Below the pieces are notes generated by a model, which saw only the letters and a list, made by a program, of their open reading frames with translations, was not told the origin of the DNA and did not search any database. A DNA stretch of 63,928 bases, the filler included, from Olpidium bornovanus S191 (lineage: Eukaryota; Fungi; Olpidiomycota), in assembly GCA_017911155.1 (NCBI GenBank). It is 34 parts of 34 records of this genome, joined end to end, with 100 filler letters (N's around TTAATTAATTAA, not from the genome) between each part and the next. Parts side by side here need not be neighbours in the genome. Positions count along the whole stretch, not along the records: positions 23,074 to 24,625 come from JAEFCI010008956.1; positions 24,726 to 26,664 come from JAEFCI010006435.1; positions 26,765 to 28,548 come from JAEFCI010000908.1; positions 28,649 to 29,721 come from JAEFCI010011051.1; positions 29,822 to 32,267 come from JAEFCI010009736.1; positions 32,368 to 34,374 come from JAEFCI010009363.1; positions 34,475 to 38,127 come from JAEFCI010007322.1; 27 more parts are not named here. One strand, written 5' to 3'. The position numbers were made by a program, and so were the translations under genes. How positions within the stretch are numbered: position 1 is the first letter of the stretch; every line of letters begins with the position of its first letter. Positions 23,352 through 34,475 of the stretch are shown here, piece by piece.

Positions 23352-24607
23352 ATGTAACGTGTCCGCCTCTCTGCCGCGCTTGTTGCTGCCCCCCCCCCCC
23401 CCCCCCCCCCCCGCGGAGATTTTAGTGGGAAGAAACAGTGGCGGGGGGAGGTGTTGCGCCTGGGGGGGGGGAGAGAAGGGGGCTTGCCGCGCGGGGGAGG
23501 GCCGAAGAGCGAGGAGAGGCGGAAAGCGGGAAAATCCAGTCTTTGCCGCGTTGCTCGAAGGTCTCGGCCCTCGTCCCCCGCACCTTGTTATCGCGGGTCC
23601 GGCGCCGCCCGTCCCCGTCCTCCGTGCGCACCTGCCGCGCCGCGCGCGGTCCAAGCGACGCGCTTCCCCGGGGACTGACCGTCCGCCCGCGGAAAGGCCT
23701 TGCCTTGGATGACCTCGCGCCACGGGTCTCTTCGGGAGTGTTTTGGTCGTACACGGGACGGTCCGCCGCCCGCGTCGGCACCCGCACCGCGTGGTTTGCG
23801 GCTCCGCCGGGACGGGCCCGTCCGGTGGCCGCCGTGTCGCGACCCCGGAGCGGCTGCCTGGGAAGCGGCGAAACCCCCGCGCCTCTGCTCCGCCTGACGG
23901 CCGTGCGTTTCGCGTGACGTTTCGCGCCACTTGCTTTCCCCCCCGAAAAAGGGCAGCCGCGGTTTCGCTCGTCAACCCGAACTCGGAAGTGGCCCGACGC
24001 GAACAGGCCCTCTCAATAAACATCAATGCCGGCGTCGGGCTACAGGATGTGCTCAAGAGCAACTTCGGCCCAAAAGGGACGATTAAAATGTATGCTTTCC
24101 CACTTCATTGGTGCCGGCTCCGTCATACGCAGTACGCGCCGACGGGAAGCCCGGCCAGTTGAAAGGCGGACGGCTAAAGTGCCTGCAACTTGGTTATCAG
24201 CTTTTCCTAGCTCGCACAAAGTTCCTAAAGTTGTTTTCGCCATCTATTTCCCTTGATTTGCAGGTTGGTTGACGGTGCGGGAAACATTAAACTGACCAAA
24301 GATGGAAAAGTCCTACTCAGTGAGATGGTACCAACTTTTTCTTTGCTTTTCAAACGTTATCAATTTTTTTTTTCGGTTTGTATCTGAAGTATTTACATCA
24401 ACAAACGCACAGCAAATCCAAAATCCCACTGCCGCAATGATTGCTCGCGCTGCTACGGCGCAGGACGACGTCACAGGAGATGGCACGACCAGCATCGTCT
24501 TACTTGTCGGCGAGCTTCTTAGGATGGCTGAGAGGTACATTTCCGACGGGCTGCACCCGCGTCTCATAACGGACGGGTTCGATCTTGCCAAGAAGGAAGC
24601 GTTGAAT
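23352..24607 (+). CDS. CCT6: Chaperonin CCT/TCP-1 subunit zeta, 3' partial
   Basis: Exons 23952-24089, 24264-24327, 24413-24607: [91 protein letters not shown]. The first exon (AT at 23352-23353) is tentative. Confidence 0.95.
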
Positions 24608-24725
24608 GTATGTCACGTTTCATGANNNNNNNNNNNNNNNNNNNNNNNNNNNNNNNNNNNNNNNNNNNNTTAATTAATTAANNNNNNNNNNNNNNNNNNN
24701 NNNNNNNNNNNNNNNNNNNNNNNNN

Positions 24726-25280
24726 CGCGGGACGATAGATTATGGCATTGGATTCGAAAGGAGCGCCAGCCACTCAAACGAGATCACTGCGTTTTGCGAT
24801 GCTGATTGGGCCCGCTGTCGAGAGACCCGGGCATCAATGACCGGGTTCATCATAAAGTACGGAGAAGACCCAATCTCGTGGAGATCAACGCGCCAGAAAT
24901 GCGTAGCCACATGATCATGCGAAGCAGAATTCGTCTCGGGCTCGGCGGCGGCGCAAGAGACCAAATGGTTGCGCGCGATCGCCGGGCATGTCGATGAGAA
25001 CATTACCGAATGCCCGACCCCGTTCTGGATTGATAACGCCGGCGATGCCGAGCTAGCCACCAATGCAAAGGTGTCACCGAGGTCAAAGCACATCGACATC
25101 CGGTACCATCATATGCGGCAATACGCTGCGGAAGGGGTCATCCAAATCGAACGGATCGCCTCAGCAGAGAACCCAGCGGACATCTTCACCAAACCGCTGG
25201 ATAAAGTCAAGTTCGTGAAGTTCCGGGAGATGATCGGGGTCCGCACCCGCAAGGCAACGGAACCCCGGGTATGCGCCTGA
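24726..25280 (+). mobile_element. Ty1/copia pol 3' end (RNase H) with one premature stop
   Basis: RGTIDYGI...AFCDADWARCRETRASMTG...PISWRSTRQKCVAT*SCEAEF...DNAGDAELATN...RSKHIDIRYH...SAENPADIFTKPL. In-frame TGA at 24912-24914. Confidence 0.93.
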
Positions 25281-25386
25281 ACGGGGGCAAACGTCAAACC
25301 GCCCAGCCATCCTGCCAAGAAGGTAAAACTAGACATACTTCAAGACGTTTCGAGTGACCATGGGCGGTGCGCCCAGTGAGGCAGGG

Positions 25387-25568
25387 TGTTAGAAAATAAA
25401 GGGGGAGCGCCAGCTATGAACGCACTGCGCCCACCGCCCCTTGTTGCCCCTTTGTAAAGACCATAGCCGCCGCCATATAAGATAGGGCTAGACAGAACTA
25501 GTAAACAAACCCCCCGAATACAGAATACAGTTCTCTTCTTCGCCTTCTTCTTCGGCCCGGCTCCAACA
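25387..25568 (+). mobile_element. Candidate 3' LTR (182 bp) of the copia element
   Basis: Follows the purine tract GAGGCAGGG (25378-25386), starts TGTT and ends AACA, and contains a TATAA-like CATATAAG. Lies about 105 bp after the pol stop. No second LTR is available in the contig for confirmation. Confidence 0.7.
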
Positions 25569-26554
25569 AAAACTCAACCCCCCCCCCCCCTCCCTCACGA
25601 CGAATTGTCTCCTTCTCTTCAGGTTGCGGCCATCTGGTGGCCAGCGGAGACTTCACCGTAACTGTGAGGACCCCTGGACAGTTGTGGGAGATGATGGGTG
25701 GATGCACGGGTTGGCTTCGACGGCCAACTGGGTGTGCGTGTATGGAAAAGAAAGGGGGCCCCGTGCGATTCACCAAACCTGGGCAAGGCCCTTCCGGCCT
25801 TCCCCCTCCTCCTTCCCACCCATTTTCTCTTTCCCATTTGCGCGTGAAGACGGAAATTTGGAATGCTTTGTTCCGGGGCGACGGGAGCGGGGGAAGTAGG
25901 GGAATTGAGGTCCCAAATTGCGCACTGGGGGGGGAAGGAAAAAAAAAAGGGAAAAGGGGGGTTTTCACCTGCCGTTCCTGTCCAGCAGGTATCCTTAGCG
26001 TTTCCCCCAAAAGCGTTTCCCCCAAAACGGTGGGGGGGAAGTTTGCGGAAAAAAAATTCCGAAAAAAGAGGGGCGGAGTCGCGGAACTTTGCCCGCCTCT
26101 CCCCTTTCCGCCCCCCTTCCCCCTCCTCCCGGCCGCTCCTAAAACGGGCGAGAGGCGGAAAAACGGGAGGGGGGGCGAAGGGGGGCGGCGCGGGGCGAAG
26201 TGGTACAGCGCTTACTGCAAGTCAGGGCAGAGAGAACGTCGTCGCAGGGGCAACACCCCGCCTACGAACGAACGAAGCGCGCGGGACGAGGGCGGGGCAG
26301 GGAGGGCCGATGTTGCGCGGCAACGAGAGCAACCCGCGATCAGCCAGGCAGCTGGCCGGGCGCAGGGCGACGTCGGTCTTTTGTTGCTGTCCCGCCCCAC
26401 TCGCTGTGTCTCTCTCTCTCTCTCTCTCGCTCCCCGTGCTCCTCCCGCCCACCGCCCAAGGGTTGGAAACGCCCGCAGCGGCGAGAAGAAGGGCGCATTG
26501 GGGAAGTCGGGGCGTGCATCCGGAAATGTTTTACGCCCCCTTTCCGCCCCTCCG

Positions 26555-26632
<78 letters not shown>

Positions 26633-26775
26633 CCCCCCCCCCGCCCCCCCCCGCCCCCCGCCGCNNNNNNNNNNNNNNNNNNNNNNNNNNNNNNNNNNNN
26701 NNNNNNNNTTAATTAATTAANNNNNNNNNNNNNNNNNNNNNNNNNNNNNNNNNNNNNNNNNNNNCCTCGCAGCTC

Positions 26776-28000
26776 TTATGACGTCCGTCTTCCGTGGTCC
26801 CGTCGCCACTGGAGCATTCCAAGTGCGTTAAACGCAAGTTCGATACTGGCGGCGCAGAAGAAATCAGATTTTTCAGGATACCATGATCGGCAAGCCACAT
26901 GGGCGTTCGGCACCACGACAACAGGTACCGGAGACGCGATGCGCTTGAAGTTGTGATACGAGTGGCGACCCATCAGTTTGCATGAATTGCACAGGTCGTA
27001 GTCCGTGCAGGTCATGCACTTTTCCCATTTTTTTTTTTAGAAAAACACCAAATCAAAAACTGTTAGTAGAAAAATTCGAGGCGATTACGCCCACTTCCGC
27101 TGGTCCTCCGCTCCGCGGGGGCTTTTTTCTTCCTTTCTGCTTTTTTTGTTTGTTTTACCTTAAATCTGCGCCCGCGAACCGTCGTTTCGCACTCGTCGCA
27201 AACCACTCCGTAATGCACCACCGGCGGCAAGGGATTACCTATTTATTTATTTAGGACAATTATTTAGTCAGCCGCACGACGGTTCGCGCACAGGGAATGA
27301 TGCCGCAAATTTCCCCAGACGCACAAAATCTGTGGCGCGCATCGGTTCCATCGACTTTGCAACCGCCGCGGTGTCCGCCCGCGGTGGTACCGAACAACCA
27401 GCTCGTGTCTCCGCATGGGGAAAAACCCGGGACGTGCTGTCCAGAACCGTACTCTGACGTCCCGACGGAGGGCTCCGGCGGCGTCGCAGTGGTATCACCA
27501 CTTGCGGCCGAGGCCGCCGCTTTTTCGTCGTCCATGACGGAACGCAGAGCGGCGCGAATGTAGGCATCGATCACGGACGTGACGCCGCTGTCCGTGCCGG
27601 CAGAGTCTTTTTTGCACGTGGACGACGCGGGCCAGCACGCGCTGTTGACTCTGTCAAGCTCGTTTTCCATTTGGGCGAAGCTAAGCTTCATGGCCCTCCT
27701 AAGAGATGCGGACGCCTTCTCGAAGCTGCTCTTCGCGGCCTGCTCGACGCGGTTTTCTGGAGCACCGCGAATCAGGCAGCCCGAGCGCGGATTCACCTGA
27801 GGGGGGGCGTACCGGAACTTTTTAGCGCGATTGCGCACATCAGCTTTTATCCGTCGACGGTCGCCGGACGCAAAACGTTCAACGCACACTGCTCCGCGCC
27901 ACCGACAGACCGTTGGTCTGCCGGTAGTCCGCCTCGCTCGTCGTGGGCACGGTGTTGCCCTCCCTGTCCACGGACGGGATCCTTCCCCCCGTTCTGCCAA
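26776..28000 (-). CDS. ZZ-type zinc finger protein fragment (NBR1/p62-like domain)
   Basis: Exon 27238-27159 spliced to the exon starting at 27018 gives HYGVVCDECETTVRGRRFKCMTCTDYDLCNSCKLMGRHSYHNFKRI. The helical ORF at 27260-28000 is probably an upstream exon; outer boundaries are uncertain. Confidence 0.75.
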
Positions 28001-28802
28001 ACATGGCGCGAGCCTGCGAGAGAAGCGTGCGTCTCGTCACTAAGCGGAAACGGACGGGAAAGCCCGTCCACCCCTCTGCCCCGTTACTTTTTCCGTGGCG
28101 CTTACCCGCTGCCGCCGAACTTCAGAGAGGGCGGCGGGATCGAGTTGCAGAGCGCGCATGGCTTTGGTTCGGGGGAGCCAAAAAAGCGTCCCGCCGTCAG
28201 CCGGGACAGCCGTTACTGGAGCCAGGGAAGCGGGGAGGCGAGCGGAGACAGGCGGACTTGGGGGGCAACGCGTCCACAAGACGGGGCGGTGAGGCGGAGA
28301 GATCGCGCTGGAGCGTTTGCAAGGATCTTCTTCGGTGGGAGGAGAAGGCGAGGCGAGAAGACCGGGGGGCGGGGCTTTAAGACGGACAAACGTGGCGCAG
28401 GTGGGGAAGGGGGAAAGGGGAAGGGCGCCATGCATCCTCCAAGGAGGACACCCAAATAAGACCTACTGTGTTCCCGACCATCCTTGCCACATTGCCACAG
28501 GCGGCCCTGACCCCAACCCTTCCGCAAAAAAAAACCCACTAAGCACCANNNNNNNNNNNNNNNNNNNNNNNNNNNNNNNNNNNNNNNNNNNNTTAATTAA
28601 TTAANNNNNNNNNNNNNNNNNNNNNNNNNNNNNNNNNNNNNNNNNNNNAGCGCGACCACTCGCTGCAGACGGCTTTCGCCGCCACGGCCGCAGCCGAAGA
28701 GCCGGCTCGAAAGCCGTCGGAGTCCGACCGTGCGGTTGCAAAGCTAATCCGCGACAAGCTTCGACCGGTCACGGGCCGCAACCGAACCCCCCACCCCCCC
28801 CG

Positions 28803-28835
<33 letters not shown>

Positions 28836-28837
28836 GT

Positions 28838-29075
28838 CGTAGTCGCCGTGTCATCATCATCATCACCATCACCATCCAATCATTCCCGTCGCCCATCACC
28901 CCCGCACATCGTCGTCGTCGGCGTCGTCGTACTTGTCGTCGTCGTCGTCGTCATCGCCGCCCGCCCGTCATTCTCGCCACCGTCATCATCATCATCATCA
29001 TCATCATCATTAACCGTCATCATCATCAATTGTCGCCGTCGTCATCACATCGTCATCGGCGTCGTCGCCGTCACG
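28838..29075. repeat. Compound trinucleotide microsatellite (CAT)n/(GTC)n
   Basis: Runs such as tcatcatcatcatcaccatcacc, gtcgtcgtcgtcgtcgtc and (cat)9 are directly visible. Confidence 0.85.
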
Positions 29076-29821
29076 AATCCCGCGGCCCCTCTCTTCCTCG
29101 CTTCCCACCCAACCTCCGCCGAAGGCTCGCCCTGTTGAAACAGCGCGCGCCCGCCGGCTCGGCCTCCCGGAAGCAACATGGTGCAGCTGCGCGTGCGACA
29201 AACGTCCGCCAGATGAAGAGGCATATGTGCACCCAAAACGGACCGTCGGAAGGCCGGGTCCTGCTTGCGTTTTTTATCCTCGAACTGCAGGCGGGACAAG
29301 GCGTGGGAGACAGGGAGCGCCCCGTGCAGCACGGTCGGGAATCCCCGTCAACCAGCGGCTTGCTCAGGGCAGCAGTCGAACGCGCCGTCCTGTGCGCTTA
29401 ACTGCGCGCTGCCCTGCAAACCTCAAACGTTTTCCCCTGGCCCAGAAGGCCGCCGCCAGCGGTTTCCCGAACCTGCACTGCTCAGTCCTCCGCCGGTCTG
29501 CACGCGCTTTTTTTTTTCCATCGGCCTGCTCGTTAATTCAGAGGCGGCGTTCGGGCTGCGGAGAACGGGAACGATCGACCCCATTGGGCAAACGGGCTCA
29601 CTTTCCCTCTCTCTTGCTCTTCCACGCTGCACAGGAGCGCTTTTTTTTTTTGTTTTTGCCGGACAAAAACTTCGCCGGCCCCGGCCCTTTTCCGCGGCAA
29701 CACACACGCGCACACACAGCGNNNNNNNNNNNNNNNNNNNNNNNNNNNNNNNNNNNNNNNNNNNNTTAATTAATTAANNNNNNNNNNNNNNNNNNNNNNN
29801 NNNNNNNNNNNNNNNNNNNNN

Positions 29822-30535
29822 CATGGAAAGATTGCAGAATCGCATACGCAAGCGGCTGGAGCTCATCGACGCATACCAGAAGCAGATGCAGCACAAGCGC
29901 AATAAACAACAGAAGGAGCGCGACGACGAGGAGGCATTCCGGGCAAAGGTAACCCGATGCGGGGCACCGCTTTCAAAACCACGGCGGTCGCGCGAATTCT
30001 TTTTGCTCGGGTGGCCCCACGGTAATGTTCGTTTTCACCCCGATGTTTTTTTTATAGATGATGCGCAAATTCGCGGAAGACGAGCGACTGGAGCAGCTGA
30101 ACGACCAAAAGCGAAGGATCAAACAGCTGGAGCACAGGAGGGCCGTGGATAAACTTGTCCTCGAGCGGGCGCGTATCGCCGAGCAGCAAAAGCAAGAAGA
30201 GGAGGAACTGGACCGGCGCATGCAGGAAATAGAGGAGTACAAGAAAGCGGTGGTCGAGCAGGAGCGACAGCGGCTTCTGCGCGAGCACGCGGGCAATCTG
30301 GCCGGATTTCTTCCGCCGGTTTGTCTTTTTGCACGCTGATTGATTTCGATCTGCAGGTGCACGGATGTTCTTGGTGTTTTTTGGTCAGTGCTGACGACCA
30401 TGTGCTTCCATTTTTTTTCACGCGCGAAAAAATTGCCAGGGAGTTCTGCGGGACCAGCGTGACTTGGAGCTGTTTGATGAAGAATTCCGAAGGCGGTTCC
30501 AACCGCAAGCAAAGGAGAACGAGCAAAACGTGTAA
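29822..30535 (+). CDS. MNS1: Meiosis-specific nuclear structural protein 1 (axonemal coiled-coil, TPH domain), 3' end
   Basis: Exons 29822-29948, 30058-30318, 30440-30535: EEAFRAKMMRKFAEDERLEQLNDQKRRIKQLEHRRAVDKL...ERQRLLREHAGNLAGFLPPGVLRDQRDLELFDEEFR. This parallels the MNS1 motifs KFAEDDRIE...KQLEHRRAVEKL...HATNLLGYLPKGV. Confidence 0.92.
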
Positions 30536-32066
30536 CCCTTCAGATTCAATCCTTTCTTTTTCTTTCTTTTTTTTATTGCTCAGGAAAAAAAAAAAAATAT
30601 GCGCGCGGCAGGCCGCGGCGCCCTCCTCCTTGTGTCTCTTCCCCCCACCCCCCCTCCAAACAACTTCGACATCACGCAGATGGGTTCAGCTCCTCCCGAC
30701 GCTGTACGCAGGCGCAAAGCAGACGGTCCCACAGGGCCTTTTTGAGCCGAACTTCGCAGCCGTGGGGGGACATCCGACGGCCCGCACTATCGCGGCCGAA
30801 CAGTCGCAATTTTCCCGAATTTCTGCAGCACCCTTCATCCGCAGCGCACTTTCCGCCGCGACATTTTTCGCGGCGCGCTTTTGCAGCTGCGCTCAAAGAG
30901 AGCGATTGCTGGGTCGGAAGCAGCGGATGGAAGTCCGCCGATCCGCTTCCTCCAATCGAAAAACCTGAGCCGTTTTGTATTCAAAGTGTTTTGCAGTTGG
31001 AGACGAGCACGATAAAACGAAAAGGAGCAAACGCGACCGCTAATGGGCGGGACGGATGCTCTTTTCATGCGTCTATCGAAAAATTCGCGTATGTTTTTTC
31101 TGTACCTCCCGCCGTGGAAGCAGCTCCGAAGGCCTTCGGGGGACCGGATTCGGGGGCTTTTCCAAGTGGCGATCGACCGTTGATCGGGGCATGGTTGTCG
31201 TCGGTCGGCGCCTCCGAAACCCCCCGTGATTGGACATCAACGAAACCCGTCGACGCGGGTTTATCCGGGAGCACGCGCCGTTCCCGAAGGTCGATGCTTG
31301 CGGGCTCCCTGGTTTTCCGGCTTCTTACCCGAAAATCGACCGGGCGTGAGGAATTCCACCCCCAGAAAGAAAACGCCGGCCCTTTTGATTACCGTAACGC
31401 GCTTTCGCTTCGACTTCGGCAGTCCCATCAGGTTTACCCTGTCAAGGCTGTTTCCCACACGGCTGTCGATGACCTTTAGTAAGCCCGGGAACCAAGCCCC
31501 CGGTACTCCCGGCCGGAAGTGATCCACCTGGGCCGCTTCGAATCACAACAGCGGGCCCCACCGGTCCGCGTTCGGCTTTTGGGAGGTGGCCCTTGAGGCG
31601 CGGGGCAAGCGCGGCGCCCACTACCCCGCGTAGACTGACAACTGGGAGGCGCACCACCGCGGAGGACGGTCGCCGTCCGCCCGTCCGCCCGCCTCGCAAG
31701 CGCGCGCGTGTCCTTGTCGTGGGCCCCTCCTCTCGTCCCCCTTCTTTCGCAGCGCGTCTTTTGCCTCGATTGCCTCCCCCCCCCCTTCCCCCTTTTCCCT
31801 CACCCCGGCCGGACGCGAACTGGCCCGGCCGGCCCGCTTTCCGGCTGCGGGCGGGGGCGGGGGGCGCTTTCTGCGGGGGCTGCGTGTGTGTCGGCCGCCT
31901 TCTCACAGCAGCACAGGCTGCAAAAAACGAATCACAACGCACCCCCCCGGCCCCAGCATCCCCAGAAAAAGAAGAAAAAAAAAATACTCGTGAAAAGCAC
32001 ACAGCAGGAGAGAAAAAAAAAGCCGCTCCGGATTAAGCGGCCAATCTGCGCCGGGAAGCGAGGGCA

Positions 32067-32263
32067 ATGGTATTACATTGCACGACGGTTTCCAGGTGGC
32101 GGTCTGCCGGGGGGAGCCAATTGGGGGCGCAGCCCGCCCGGAACCACATGCATAACACGTAGGCGTTTTCCGACTGCCCGGGGCAGGTCGTCGACGGCGA
32201 GATCAGCAAGTACTCGATCCTCGAGCGGCTCGGCAGCGGATCGTTCGGGCACGTTTATAAGGC
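32067..32263 (+). CDS. Ser/Thr protein kinase 5' end (STE20/GCK-like subdomain I)
   Basis: ATG-only exon 32067-32069, then exon 32163-32263: AFSDCPGQVVDGEISKYSILERLGSGSFGHVYKA (Gly-rich loop), ending at a GT donor at the contig end. Confidence 0.8.
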
Positions 32264-32467
32264 GTAGNNNNNNNNNNNNNNNNNNNNNNNNNNNNNNNNN
32301 NNNNNNNNNNNTTAATTAATTAANNNNNNNNNNNNNNNNNNNNNNNNNNNNNNNNNNNNNNNNNNNNCGTTTTGCCCGCAAAAGGCTAAGCCGTTAAAAG
32401 GGGGAAACAAATAAAAACTTTTTTTGGCTAATTCCCCTCATTACCCCTTCTCCCCCCCCCCCCCCCA

Positions 32468-32507
<40 letters not shown>

Positions 32508-33371
32508 GAAAAGAATTTCCGTGGATTCTCGGTCCGATCCGGGCCGAAATTTGCGAGGCGCTTGTTCTCTGTGTCTCTTCTATCTATCTATCTATCTCTC
32601 TCGCTCTCTCGCTTTCTTTTTCTCTCCGGTTCCGTTTTTTTTTTTTTGGTCAGTATTATGAGCGTCCTTGACACAATTTTGTCCCTCCGCAATTTTCCGT
32701 CCCCCCCCCGCCACGTCCACCACCACCTCCGGACATCTGGCGCCACACGCATCGAACCGCTCTCTAGCTTGCTTTCGCCATCCCCGCCCTCCCGTCCGTC
32801 GCACGCAGCCCCGTCCCCTGCCTGTATTCCACACTCCAGACCAAAAACCCAAAAGCGAAAGAGACTGCGTGCGATGTCCCGCGTCCCCGTCAGGTTATGA
32901 GCCGGAGGGGACCATCTGACGGCCCCGGCCTTCTCTTCTGTCTACCGTCTCGTGGCACCTTCCCGGCCTCCACGGACGACACTTGCCGCTGCCGCGACAG
33001 CGCCACGCCATACCTCCGAGGTCTCGTCACACGCGTCCACCTTCTTCCCTTTCCGGCCTCCATGGCCGAATCCCGGAAACCCGCAGTCGTCACCTCTCCA
33101 TGGCAATCGGGCGTCCCTCCGCGGGTCCACGGGGTAAACAACGACTGACCAGCAGACAAGCAAGTGCAAGCACCGACAAAACAGAGCACCCCTCCCCTCT
33201 CCTTTGGCAGAGTTTCCGCGGCACCCGTCCTCAGGCGCGGCGACTAGCGGCGGCAGCGGCGGGCAGGAGAACCCGCGACCAAGGAGGATATGACAGCCTT
33301 TTCTTCTTGGACACGGACCCACAGAACTCACTGTCGGAGCTAGCTTAGGTGGCAACGAAACGTTCCTGGCC

Positions 33372-34374
33372 TTGACTCTGGTGGAGTCCGCCGGACACGC
33401 TCAGTTCCTGCGGGAACTCAACATCGAGCATCCAACGGGTAAAAGGGCAACACTTACTTCAGAACGCGACGGGCTGCTATACTTTCGCAACAGGATGTAC
33501 ATCCTCGACGGGGATCTTCGAGACCTCTTGCTTGCCGCAGCCTACGACATGTCGCATCCAAGATCCAACCCCATGCTCCTTGCCCTAGAAAAAAAGTATT
33601 TCTGGCCGAAGATGCAGAAGGACGTCATCGCTTGGGTAACATCATGCGATTCGTGTCAATGACACCAGACGGGAAGGCAGGCACAAGGCTTGCTACACCC
33701 GCTTCCTGTCCCAGAATCAAGATTCCCTCATCTCGGAATGGATTCATTCGCGCCACCCTACCCCTCGGGTGGCTTCGGCAGCTTGCTTCAGGTGATCGAC
33801 CGCCTCACCAAATATGTCCTCATCATTCCCAGCCTGACAGACGACACGGCGGCCGCCGCAGCGCTGCACTTTGTTGACCACATTTTCCGCCACCAAGGCT
33901 TCCGGACAGCATAGTTTCTGATTGCCGGCTGATATGGACCTCAGAATTCTGGAAGAACATGTGCGCGCAATTGCAGATAACGCAACAGTTGTCAACTATG
34001 CGCCATCAACAAACAGACGGACAAGCCGAGAAGGCCATCGACGTCACCAAACGATGCTGCGAACATACCTCAGCATGCACAAAAGCGACTGGCTCGCCGC
34101 CCTGCCGCTCCTGGAGTTCACCCATAACACGACGCCACATACGATAACCGGGGAATCCCCGCACATGTTGGCCTTCAGGAAGGACTTCTGTGGATTGGAC
34201 TGCATCAGGAAGGATAGCCCCTTGGCCAGTCTATCTGACTGACTGAAGAAGGCGCGGGCCGCCCTTGAGTCAGTCCAACGGAAACAAGCCGAATTGTACA
34301 ATTCACGAAGGCGGAATGTTCAAATATGCCGTCGACGACTATGTCCTCCTTCAAGGAGAAGGCCTCCAGCATGA
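33372..34374 (+). mobile_element. Decayed Ty3/gypsy integrase (zinc-binding + rve core) pseudogene
   Basis: DGLLYFRNRMYI...YFWPKMQKDVIAWVTSCDSCQ*...GLLHPLPVP...MDSF...VIDRLTKY...HQQTDGQAE...WLAALPLLEFTHNTT...TGESP. Several stops (33660, 33912) and frameshifts. Confidence 0.93.
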
Positions 34375-34475
34375 NNNNNNNNNNNNNNNNNNNNNNNNNN
34401 NNNNNNNNNNNNNNNNNNTTAATTAATTAANNNNNNNNNNNNNNNNNNNNNNNNNNNNNNNNNNNNNNNNNNNNC

